From Balanoglossus misakiensis (taxonomy: Eukaryota > Animalia > Hemichordata): a DNA stretch of 64,000 nucleotides. Location of the stretch: NCBI GenBank assembly GCA_040954595.2, contig CM082588.2:5530202-5594201 (forward strand). The letters are read 5' to 3'. The notes beneath the pieces are model-generated. The model searched no databases and had not been told where the DNA came from. It saw nothing but the letters and a program-made list of their open reading frames with translations. The position numbers and the translations under genes were made by a program. Positions within the stretch are counted from its first letter, which is position 1. Each line of letters starts with the position of its first letter. Below are positions 38,221-50,223 of this stretch, piece by piece.

Positions 38221-40804
38221 TTTGCACTTACGTTAGTTTTAATGGACGGCCAGAGCCGGTGTGTGTACACAGTAAAGAGTGGCGGCCGATCAGAGTCAGT
38301 GAAAGTTGCTAAGTGGGAATTTACACGATGCGGTCGCAATGCCTGGATAACAGGAAGACTCACCACACGTTGATGTTTTCACAGAAGAGCACACCTCAAT
38401 CTCCGGGTACGTTTGAAGGGTCCACCGTCAGACAAGCGAAAGTTCCGGGGATTTCACTACGACGTGTACTTCGCCAACTGCAAGCTGTCACTCACTGCCG
38501 CATGCCATGTCCATTTCATACGCGTGCGCGTCGTGTGAGGGCATGTACATTTCATGACGAATTTACATACCCGTCGAGTGCGGGCGTTGTATTACAGTGA
38601 AACATACTAGTACACTGGGACGTGGGAAAAAGTTCGCATCCTTCGGAGAGGTTTAAAGTAACTTGCGAAGTATGTCACTGGCTTGTTGCTGCTGTAAACT
38701 TCTTCCTAGAGATTCACTAATATTAAATGGAATGATATTAAGAGTTTGGAAGAAGACTTTGCCACCTGTAGTTGTAAGCGAAACTAAAATAAAAGTCAGT
38801 AAAAAGTACTCTGTCACTCATTTTACTGCACTGAAATATCTTTTTATCAAGTGCTCAAAACACACACACATGAGAGAGAGAACATTTTAATCAGTTTTTC
38901 TGTAGATTTTATTTTGAAATTACAGTTGGCAGCATATTTCATGAAAAAAAAGTGTTTAAACTAAGCTGAGGCATCTGGTTACAATGGGTTACAGTGAAAA
39001 GAATTATTTACCTAACATTTAGTACAATCTTCAAAAAAATGTTCAATATCGCCACCACAGACGAGGTATTCGCATTCAACTGACCATAACACCCATATCT
39101 CAAAGCAATATAATCTTCTCTCACCTGAGAAAGCAAAGATATTTTGACACAGTTTGGATAGGGCGCGGCGGTAATAACTGGTCATTGATATTTATGTAAA
39201 CTTAACAAAACTATCAAAAGAAACTCAAATAACCCAAATAATGTCAATATTCTATTGCTATGTGACATTTTCCCCCAACAGAACAGAACAATTATGACAC
39301 GTTTACGGCAGCTGCATGTGGAAATGTTTAACAAAAGTTACTAATTGTCAAATGAATCAGACACACGCGATCCTCCCTGGTCATTAGGCTTAATGCTGTG
39401 CCCTTTCGAAAAATCAAATACATATACAACATTGTTATTGCCCTCAGTTGCTGGTCATCATTTCATTGTTGACCTCAGCATTAGAAAAGTCTGACTTTAT
39501 ATTCTCAAATCAGTCAAATCCTTGCATGAACATGTATTCCTAATACTGTATATGGTTTGGCGATATTATTAAGCGTTTTCAGCGTCTAATTTGAGTGTGT
39601 CACAGAAACATTTACATGGTGAAACTAAATTAAAGAAATTGTGTGTCTATACAATATAATCCATTGCAGAAATGTTCACAATCACATTTGTACGATCACA
39701 AGACGAGCTAGTACAAATTCCTTTGAACAAGTGGAAACTATGATCTTGAAATATGCGAACATACATCAAAAGAATTTGACAGATTTTGTTTTGATGAAAT
39801 TTGGGCTTTACAGCATTGTGCAGTTACTGAGGTATGCAAGTGATATATCAGTATGCAAATAAATCTATAGGTACATATCTCAAGTAAATGTCAAACAGGT
39901 TGTAACAAATGTTGACAATAGGAACACTGGCAAGTTGTGTGTAAATTATCATTCGAACACAAGTGTAACATATCAAGCAAATATATAAAAATGTCTATCC
40001 CAGATCTTGACATTTGGCTTTTCTGAAATTCGAAATTAATTCATATGCGTAGATTATAACTATGCTGAAATGCTATAATACTGCTTTTGCATTAAAATAT
40101 ACTGAAAGCCTAATGGAAATTGGACAATGGACTTCAAAAAAATGCAGCAATTTAATGGAACAAGCTAACTGCCATGTTGAACTCAAAACAACTTATATAT
40201 AAGTACAATGTTGTAAGATTTTAGTTCAGGAAAATTTAATGGCTGAAAGATTGGTTTAACAATGTGACTAGTACTTAGCTGGCATGGCGGACACCCCTAG
40301 TTTGAGTGAAAGTAACCAGGCAAATCCAGAGAATACAATGGGATATTCCACTCTTGCAGACATGTAGAGAGAAGGCTACTAGATGCTGTGCTGTCTACAA
40401 GTAGAGTATTATCGCCAAGCTACAAAACTCCAATGTTGATACATGTATTACATTTCCTGCGTACACAAAAAATATCTAATACTGTGCTCCTTCAAACTAT
40501 GCCTCAAGACGGCGCTAGTCATACAGCATAACCAACCAATGATCAAGACTCAAGTAGATACAGATGTAAATTTTTACCATGGTACCTGTGAGCCATGCAA
40601 AAAAGACTGATTTCAGTTGAATGGATGGATGATGCTGTGAAATCCCTGACCGCGTGTAAAACATCAAATGTAATAAGAATGTGAAGAACACAAGCAGCAT
40701 TAATCACAGGCACCTGCAAAAAGCTTTCTTTACAGACATATTACACATATTTTCTTACAAAAATTGTAATAAAACACAGGAAGGCCTCGTTCTTGTGATT
40801 GTGA

Positions 40805-40822
40805 AGAGCGCCCCCTATGGGA
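40805..40822 (-). promoter_or_regulatory. CTCF-like motif
   Basis: Reverse complement reads TCCCATAGGGGGCGCTCT. Confidence 0.45.
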
Positions 40823-41401
40823 CACAAAATCAAGCAGTGAAGGTGCTACGGTCGGGCTTTCTTGGTTTTGTACAAACACCCTTGTATAATTAGCACCCTC
40901 AGGAGGCTTTGGAATCAAGCAGGCTAACGGTTCGTGTCCTCGACAATATGGAAGTCTCAGATATCCATGGAAACGCCTTGCACGTAACAGAGAGGGGGCT
41001 CTTTAATACATGTACAACTATTGCATTGTGGGAAGTGGGTGCTACATTAACCCTTTCAACCCAGCTTGGCCCACATCTAAAGTTTTGGTAGCAAACAAGC
41101 ACCCTCTCCATTTTCAAACAAGGCTTTACCACGGATGACCCTGCAATGAAGTTTGAAAATCTGAAGTTGTAATGAGAACAGATATGACGAACGAGTGTAA
41201 AACAGTGCACACAGTCATCACTATACAGTTGCCTGTCACAAAAACGACAATGACCGACACAATATTGCAAGTCAACATGAAAAGGACATACACATTTTCC
41301 TGGGAGAAAAATAAATAGAATTTCCTAAATGTACTGGTCCGTCATGTCAAAAATCCAGTGTATGTGATTCAATCTACAGGGATTCCATTTTGGCACAGAC
41401 G

Positions 41402-44400
41402 TTAAGATCTGTTGTTCTCCGGTTTGTACTCTAGCATCTTCCAAGATACCGGGTCGGCTTTTCTCAGTTTGACTTCGACCTTTGACCCCAGCATGGTGAC
41501 TTGACTCTGTTCTGGCTCTATCACCTGGTGGAGGAATGACACAACAAACGCCGCCGCGTCAATAACCGGTTTGAAACACGTAACACATTTTTTCTACGAT
41601 GCAACCATCATCGTTCGTAACAAGCTGCTGACAGTCACCAATGCGAAAATAAACCCTACTCACCCCGTTCAATATAAACTCTTGCTGGAAAATATTCTCG
41701 TCTTTGCCAAATACAATATTTACAAAAGCAGAGACTTGATTAGCTTCGACGTACGACATCTCAGGATTAGCTATCTTGGAAAACACGGATATAAATACAA
41801 AAGATCCTGTTTGATGCCAGTCAAACCTGTTGGACAAGAAAAATCCAAGAAACGTTTACAGGTAAGTATAAACCTCATTGGGCAAGGGAGAGTACACTTT
41901 CTGGATACAGTCAAACCAGTGGCAAAAACAAACAAAACAAAAACAAACAAGAATACCTGCAAGGTGCTGATTTCTTCGTGTCCTCTTTCTGTATCCAAAC
42001 GTGTTTGCCAGTGGCACATCCAGCTTGGGATAGAAAATTGTTGAAGTCTGACGTTTTCCGTTTGCAACACGACCAGTACTTCATCCTGCAAGAAGCACAG
42101 AAAACAGATGTGATTAACACGAGGAAAAATGATATTCAAAATGAGATTGTTATAGCTGAACTTTCAATTTATCTGATTGAATTCTTTGAAATTGTTTGAC
42201 ACGAACACAACAGTCTACCTACCCTTCATGGAATATAGGCACGCCAGTGTGGTGAGTGCAGACACCATGGTTACTTGACTCATCGACGTAAGACTGTTGG
42301 AGGAAAGAAACGAAAGTAATTTAAGAAATCCATTCACAGAACATGACGTTGTCAATGTAATGAAAGTAGCAAACTGCATATGGTTGAAACTTAAATATGT
42401 TTTCACTGACCTCATTGCAGCCACTGTTCTTACATGATGTTCCAACTTTGACTTTTTCGCTGATGTCATCAACATCTGTGAATTACAAACAGATATATCT
42501 ACGCCTTAGAGTTTATGGCATGTAAATGCTCACTTATCAAGAATGCTATTGGTGGTTGTTGAAAGTCAAGGATTGTGACTACACTGGTTGTCAGGAGACA
42601 GAAGGAATATTCTGAGAGTGTGTCACAGAGGAAATAGCATTTTGACATCGAAACAAGTAACAGCGAAAGTCATGATGTGTCTCTGTTTCGAATGGGAGCA
42701 CGAAGTTATCTTTCTGGACTAGCGCCCCCTGTAGTTCAAAAGTGCCCGGCTCCACGCCGGGACCTGATTGGCTATGCATGATTCAGACACAGAGGTTGCC
42801 TGCCCTTCAAGGACATCTCTCCCTGTCACTGTCCTCTCCTCTACAGTTTCCATATGTTACTGGCGCCCGGCTTAGCCTAGACAATCAAGCGAGACGCACG
42901 TGTGGGACACTGAATTACAAAACACCATGACGTCCTGCATATCAAATAAAATGTCCATTCAGTGCCCTCGTAACAAGGACAGTTCAGCCCAGCAGGAACA
43001 GACTTCCGGTAACGCATCAGTTCACACTTTTTTTTCAAAAAGCTTTGAATCAAATTTGCATCTCTGCTATCATAGTTTCCATGGGCAACCCAACATCCAT
43101 TGTGTTCCTCACTAGTGACCTTGCTGTTGAGGTCAAATATGCAAACGCAATACCCTGGGCACTTGACTTTGCACAGGCGGTCATTCAACCCACTCTCAAT
43201 TGTTCACCTGAATTTGCTATTTGCAGGCACTTACTGTTTGTTTCCCCTACAGTTTCTTGTTTTTGTTTTTCTAACGCTGTTTTCAGAGATCCTGCTACAG
43301 TACTCCTTAGCTTCTTCCTTGGTTCTTCAACACTGAAACAAAAGAAAAGAGTTTGGAGAAATACAGCTTTTATTATTTTGTACAGAGATGTCTTCATGTG
43401 TATGCATCAGATGGTTTAATTTTCACTTGGAAAAAAGAGATAAAGATATGGAGATAACTTCTGCATTGATAAAGTCAAAGTAACACATTTACTTACCTGG
43501 GCCTTTCTTCATTAGAATTGTTGATAGGTTTTCTAGAACCAACCGTTATGATCTCCTAGTCAAAAAATAAATGGAGACAACTTTCTAAATACCTATATCA
43601 CTTGTTTCACCAAATGACAACTGAGATTACACCCTGTGGCAAATCTATCAAATGGTTAGTACCTTACTTCTTTCTACTAAGTTAGAGTGTATTTCGCTTG
43701 CCTGTGGCATGACAACGCCATGGCAACTGCGATTGAACAAAAGGACCCCTGAGACTGAGACAAATGTTTAAATCAGAGAGTAACAAGTTAGCCTACCTGT
43801 CCCTCAGGCACGTTGATCAGCGGAGCTGGTTTTTCTGGTTCGGGTGGCTTCTCGTTGCTATGGTAATCTTTTGTACACCCCTGGAAACAAGCGAGATTAT
43901 CATTCTCTTAGTTTTTTGTTCTGCTTCACTGTAAAAAGACTGGAGGGAGTATTATGAAAAGCATAATCTCTCTGCTATGGTAAAAAACCATCTCTGCAAA
44001 AATATGTCTTGCACCAAACGGACGCATGATGCTGGACTGTATACCTTTACATGTCATTACAACAGCGTCCTGTATTGGCTATCAATGCACACAATGGCGG
44101 TGTCGGCTCAAACTATTGAAATCGTAAATTAAATTAATGCACTGCGCCTGGTATTATGGCGGCAACATCTGCATTAAAATGTTTGTCCGCCTTTAATGGT
44201 TTTCGAACTATCGATAAATTGCCCTCCGCTCTTATTAAACATTATTAATTTACTTCCATGATCACCTTTAAAAACAGGAATTTGTATAAAATCTGCATGG
44301 ATTGGGAATGATTCCCAGTCTTTTCCATTGGGAAGGGTTTCATTCCCTGGGATTACCCTTTGCAGGGGTTCCATTTGCTCATAATTCAAGGTCTTTCCCA

Positions 44401-47400
44401 GGAGTATTTTGACAATAACAAATATGGCATTTTCCAGAAGTGATAATGCAGTATTTGTGTTAAAAACTTCTGAGATATCGACACACTGTACTGTCGCGTC
44501 AGAGAAAGAAGGCCATACCTGAATATTCACACATTTTAACAAGATCGCTAAAATCTGTTGTAAATGTTCGATGAGGAAGCACTTCAGTGAAATGTCATCT
44601 TCTCAGAAAATCGGTAATCTGTCAGTTCTGGATATACTTATAAATTTTTGACACTCGCGTAAAAATGTGGAAATATGCAGATAAGACGCGATAATTTTAC
44701 AGCACAGTGAGCAGCAAGGGAAGGCAATATTCCTGTATTTTCCCATGAGTAGATTTCCCACATTTTTCCACGGATCTCAAGGACATTTTGTATTCTGATG
44801 GGCAGCAGCTTTCATTAGGGTCAGTGTTTGGTGAATCTCTTCTGCATTTTCTGAGAATATTATTGTCACTTCCTCTTATGATTCAAGCAGCAATCACAAA
44901 AAAAAGGTTTATGATCTGAGAAACGCACCACACTTTTCTTTCAGTGAGCAGAAAGGATAACTATTCAGTGTATAAAAGCCTTTTTATAATTTTCAGCAAA
45001 AGAGAGATAATTTGTGCTACGACAATTTAAAGTCTCATTTTCAGTCATCACCATCAAATCAATATCTGGTAAAAAAAATGACGAACCTGGGTAGATTTTT
45101 ACAATGTTGATATTCCCGATCAAAATATAGATCTTTCATGGAAGAAATAACTGAAAAATGGATTTCTCTAGGTAAAATATTACAGAAAAATTGTAATTTT
45201 GGGGGGTTTCTTTTGCAGATGACAGGGCACATTTCACTGCAGCAGAGATGGCGAAACAGGCCAGCTGAACAAGTCACGTACTCCTACAAACAGCAAGGGC
45301 AACAACAAAAGAATCCCATTAACACAATGTCAAGATGACCTTGAGTCTATAACTCTATTTTCTCTTCCCTGTGGAATTTCCAACAAATTAGCAGGCACTC
45401 CCCAATCAATTGGTTATGTAATCGCCTTTTCCCCCAAGGCCTCTTGGACCAACATCATGTGCCTATAACAAGGTCATTTGAAGTGTTTCATTGTGTTCTA
45501 GGTATAAATGATGAAAATCTTTTTTAAAAAAGCCAATACGAGTAAATCAATTTTGAAAAAAAAAATCATAACTTGTATATGATATTTACGTAAATAATAT
45601 CACATGTCATTTTCAAACTTAATATTAAAATCCTTGAAAATTTGCATAAACATTTTCATCTGCCAATAGCTTCAAAGAGGTCATTGACCCACACTACCTG
45701 CTCTACCCAGCATTCCTTTCACTGTAAAGAAATCCTTCATGGATATTTGCCAGCAATTCACTTTTTCACAATGTTCTGATTTTTAAGAACAATTCTTTTC
45801 AGATCTCTTGAGATCTTCGACCAGTATGCCTTCTGAGCATTGAGGGATTGAAAACCATTGTCTCCTAATTCTTGCCATGATGTGAATATGTCTGTAACCC
45901 ACGGCAACAGAAAGGAGGTATCTAGAGATGAATAACGACTACGCACTGGAAAATTTTTGTTTGTGAAAGGAATTAAAAATCCAGACAACCGATCAATTTC
46001 ACCCCTACCTTTTCATCTTTGAAACCTACTGCAGTAATGATAATGAAAATTTTTAATGAAGATCCTTAAATAAATAAGATGCAAATTCGTTATTTTCAGT
46101 TGCAAAACTTGGAAAAGCAAGATTACACTCACTCATTACCACTCTGGCGCAAAGTCCTTGATGTTTGGCCAGGGGCAGAATTGAAGTCTATGCAAATTCT
46201 GTCTGGGTTTTTTTAGCGTGTCTCAACAGGCACTTAAGTATGTCTTTCAGAAAATGAGAGGAATTATCTCAACAAGACAAATGTACATGTAGGCCTCAAA
46301 CAGACATGTTTTCATGTCCAAAGCAGTCAACGTACAGATCATGTAATTCAGGTACTTGTAATATTGCGCATCTCTCAATAAATGCCTATTATGGTATCTA
46401 TCAATTATATTATGAGATTTGACACCTACCATACGCTCACTATTTTTGATTAGTAACCACACATACATTTGTCTTTATTTTTGTCTGTTTCCCCCCAAAA
46501 CCCAACCTGAATGCCAGAGGCAAGAATTTTATTGAAGGCACCTGACAGACTACAGTCCTACCCTCAAATCGAGAAATTACTGTAAATCACTTCAGTAACA
46601 AATATTAGAACTGACTCTCCTCTATTCAATGGAGAAGTCTGGGCCACAATACATTCGTATGGGGGTGAAAAGGCCAATGTCTACACTTTATTCAAATAGG
46701 GAAGTTATGGCTTGTTTTATGGGCGAATATTAATAGGTGTTGGAATGAAAACATGTTGTCCTGTTCTGTGTAAAATACTGAAACAGTCAAATGCGTACAC
46801 TGAATAATACCAGCTCTTGTACATTTTATAAACGCCCATTAAATTACATCGTCTATACATTCATGTGATCAGGACGACACTCTGGTGACCAAGTATGCAG
46901 CATCTATTAATTAAAGATGGTAGAATAACATAAATGCTCCATAACTTGGCTTCAGTATTTACACCATTTTTAAATCTCGGCCAGTGGTCTACTTACTTTG
47001 ATATTTAAAAAGTCTGTAAAACTACGGGTTCTCTTGTCACAGCATGACCATTTTTTGTACAAATCGTGAAAAACTGGCTCTCCTGGATGATGCTGGCATG
47101 AGTCTGTTGAGGAAAGGAAGAGAGATTTTAGAGAGAAAATCACGATATTTTCACGGTGGTACAAGACTGGAGATTAATATATTAATTTTTCAAAGATGTC
47201 AATAATGCATTGGTTACCATGGTAACATGGAGAACTAAATCTGTAAAGATTAGAGCTGGCCAAGATGAGATTTCAAGAATTGGCACATCAGATAACAGTC
47301 TTGAAAGTATTACAATTTCACAAAACAATCAGTCTCTCCACACGTGTGGGGAGACCATGTTTAAATGGTAAAATCAGTCAACCTTCAGTGACTGCTGCCT

Positions 47401-48536
47401 ATTGCATCTTTGATGTCCCTGTCTGCCCTCTGGTTGACCCCACGCCACATGGCTTCACACACCGCGTGGGCACCAGACTGACAATCGCAGCTGGACGACC
47501 CAAACTGGTTACTATACATGATCAGATGCCTTCTTTCAATGAAATAGTGTACCATGGCACAGTTTGCAGATGATCGTTGCTAACCAGATGTTGTACAGTG
47601 GTGAGAATATGAGAATTTCGAGATGGCACCTACTGCGTATGCGAATTTCTGAATCCAGGGAAGTTTCAGCTTATTTGATAAAAAGCCAGGCTCTGGGTGT
47701 GACAGTTAACACAACAGTTAACACAAAACAAAACAACACAGTCTGAGATGGAACAGAACACACAGACATAAATGATATTTTGAGGAAATAGGATGTTTGA
47801 CCCCACGCCACGCTCAGTGCAATACCATCCCCTCTGACAAGGACTGGTTTGGTTTTCCCGCAATCATGACCTTCGCAACTGACGGGTGGGGGTCACTTGT
47901 CACCATTTGGAGACTGCCCAGCCACGGGACACGGGCGGACAGTGTGGCTGTGAGGGCAGACCTGTCTGCCCACTTATCATTTCAATATCCGGCCTTCATC
48001 GTCACAACTGACTGAGTCGTGGCCTTTACTCCATACTCGCCATGTCTACGATCACGTCGGCATGACGCTCCCACAAAATAAGACATTCGTTCCGCGTGGC
48101 ATCAAATAATAAGCGATGATCATCGTGACAACAATCATATACGTCGGGAGGATGATCAGATCATTACAGAATAACCTTGTACATTTCATCGACGTTGATT
48201 TCTATTGGAGAGTGGCACATGAAATATACACAGCACGGATGTAGTTTTCAACGCGCATCAGTGCCGCACAATATCTCCACACTATCTGAATAATCGGACA
48301 TAAAAAATCGACGAAATGTTACAAAGTTATTCTTCAATGTGCTGTCACACAACACCACACCAAGGACGACCATCCACGGTCACTATCGCGTGGAGATCGG
48401 CCATATAAAATTCGAAGGCGAACGCGCTCCCCTCTCACCGTATTTTTTACCGATTCTTACCTGGTTTGTTGTCGTCCGGGTTGTACCGTTGTCCGCACCC
48501 TTTATTGTAGCAAAGGAGGGTCTGATCATCTGACAT
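41402..48536 (-). CDS. CHORDC1: Cysteine- and histidine-rich domain-containing protein 1 (CHORD-CHORD-CS Hsp90 co-chaperone; morgana/CHP-1), 324 aa, 10 exons
   Basis: Exons 48536-48461, 47103-46997, 43880-43797, 43555-43497, 43332-43235, 42475-42411, 42293-42223, 42085-41957, 41826-41664 and 41524-41402 sum to 975 nt and are open. [74 protein letters not shown] domain CRFDWHQT. No melusin-type acidic tail. Confidence 0.96.
42718..42736 (-). promoter_or_regulatory. CTCF-like motif in CHORDC1 intron 5
   Basis: Reverse complement reads AACTACAGGGGGCGCTAGT. Confidence 0.5.
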
Positions 48537-48615
48537 TGTCAAATATCAACTTGTCCGATCGTCACTAGTAACTGTCTTGCAGCGAACTGCGGCAGCCAAG
48601 CATTTACCGGCGTTT

Positions 48616-48630
48616 TGAAGTTTCTGGAAT
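48616..48630. promoter_or_regulatory. Perfect three-unit heat-shock element upstream of CHORDC1
   Basis: tGAAg-tTTCt-gGAAt, 80-94 nt upstream of the ATG. CCAAT at 48682. Confidence 0.7.
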
Positions 48631-50144
48631 GGAAACGTGACCAAGTATGCTTCCGGGGTCAAGGTTGACGCCCTCACCCGACCAATAATTTGCATTACTT
48701 TGTTATTATTCCAAGACAGACATTGCACCGTTTCGCGTCGCATATGGCGTATGACACAGATCTAGTAGAACCGTGAAAGTATCATAGAAAGTTTCTCAAA
48801 TCGAAATTTTCATAAGATAGCAGACAATTATATACAATGGGTACTCATGAGATTGCCTTTTACATCTCTGAACATCAAACATAATTTAGGAGTCCAGGCG
48901 GGATGGGTTTTTGGGTGAAGCGATCTGCCAAAAAATTTCCAAAAATAAGATGCGCAATAATTCAGTGCTTACGTCGCATTTTCTTGAACGTTGTCCTCAG
49001 TTTTTGCTTTTTTTTTAGTATTTCCCTGCAAGGCTTTCAACACGTGTAATAAATATATAGAGTAACGTGACCGTGTCCGATGGCTTTTTAGTTTTAATCT
49101 CACACCACAGTCACTCGATCGAGCTCTGTGTTTAGACCTACATCGATCGAAAACTACGTCCGCACACGCTTGATTCCTGTTTGCTTTACATGTTGGTCTA
49201 TATAACAAATTTTCTTTCATGCATTGTGACGTACAAATAAAGCATCGAAAAAATATATTATGAAAACAGTACTGAAACAAGATATAAATTGGCTTTCGTT
49301 GGACAACTTCAGAATGGATATCCAAACAACTTAACTCCAGCACTTTGAGTACACTTCCAACAGAAAGAAAAAGTCAAAGTTCTAACGAAGTGATCAGATA
49401 ACATAGTATCAGAACACACGGAAATGAATCGGTTAGTGGTCATATTGATTGTTTGATTCAAGGAATTGTTTGATTGAATGATTGTCTAGATATATACATT
49501 GTATTGCAGTACATAATCGACTTTATTGAGAAACTTTATGGGGGCGCTCTTTAGAAAAGTTTTGCTCACCACCATAGAAAAGCAGCATGAAAGAACTAAC
49601 CAGTTGGAACGAGCGGACAACGGGCTTTGAAGTTGTTAATCCCAGTATGTTTACACTGATCGGCTTGGAAAGCCTGATCAAGTTCTGGAGTTTCGTGTCA
49701 GAAGTCACATGGGCATTTTGGACTCATGGACTTGGGTCACGCCCCCACGCATTTTTTTGTTAATAGTCAATGACCACGCTGACTCACATAGTCCAGTGAA
49801 CTGACCAGGGACGTACGAGAGAGCGGGATGCCCACAAACATCGTCAGCAACTTGAGACGGGAACAAAAGAGATGAGGAGGCGGGCGGGAGTTGATTGAAA
49901 CCCGGGTAAAATCGTCGTGCGAGCACGTAGATATGAGGTGGTCGCACACCCAGTGGGAATAGTATTCGCCACCTTATGATCACTGATCTCTGAAAATTCT
50001 GCAAACCACGTTTTAATAGTGTACACAGCGTGTGTGGTTGGTTCGACAAGGAACACATACCCGTACTGGATAACGTGGGGGTTCACGGACGGAACCTGTT
50101 TACGAGGAAGTGAAGAACATTACTATAAACTTTGGCAAACAAAG

Positions 50145-50223
50145 ATGGAATTGTCGCGTATTTTGTGCGTAGCTTTCATCGGACTCATGTTGACCGTTGT
50201 TGACGCTGCCATGGCTGACTCAG
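50145..50223 (+). CDS. First coding exon (signal peptide) of an unidentified secreted or cell-surface protein; remaining exons probably beyond the window
   Basis: AAAGATGG Kozak context. MELSRILCVAFIGLMLTVVDAAMADS has an n/h/c-region layout. Strong phase-1 donor CAG|gtgagt. CpG-rich upstream region (49700-50100) with GC boxes and TGACTCA. Confidence 0.72.

Noticed and set aside
37391-38236. 281-aa + strand ORF
   Set aside because: Antisense shadow of the TPBG-like CDS; no recognisable domain.
27000-40000. Multiple TCF/LEF-like CTTTGWW sites around TPBG-like
   Set aside because: About ten sites seen, roughly what a rough estimate gives by chance in 13 kb of AT-rich DNA.
41571-42044. 157-aa + strand ORF, and other short ORFs over CHORDC1 and the P450 genes
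   Set aside because: Antisense or out-of-frame overlaps of real exons and introns.
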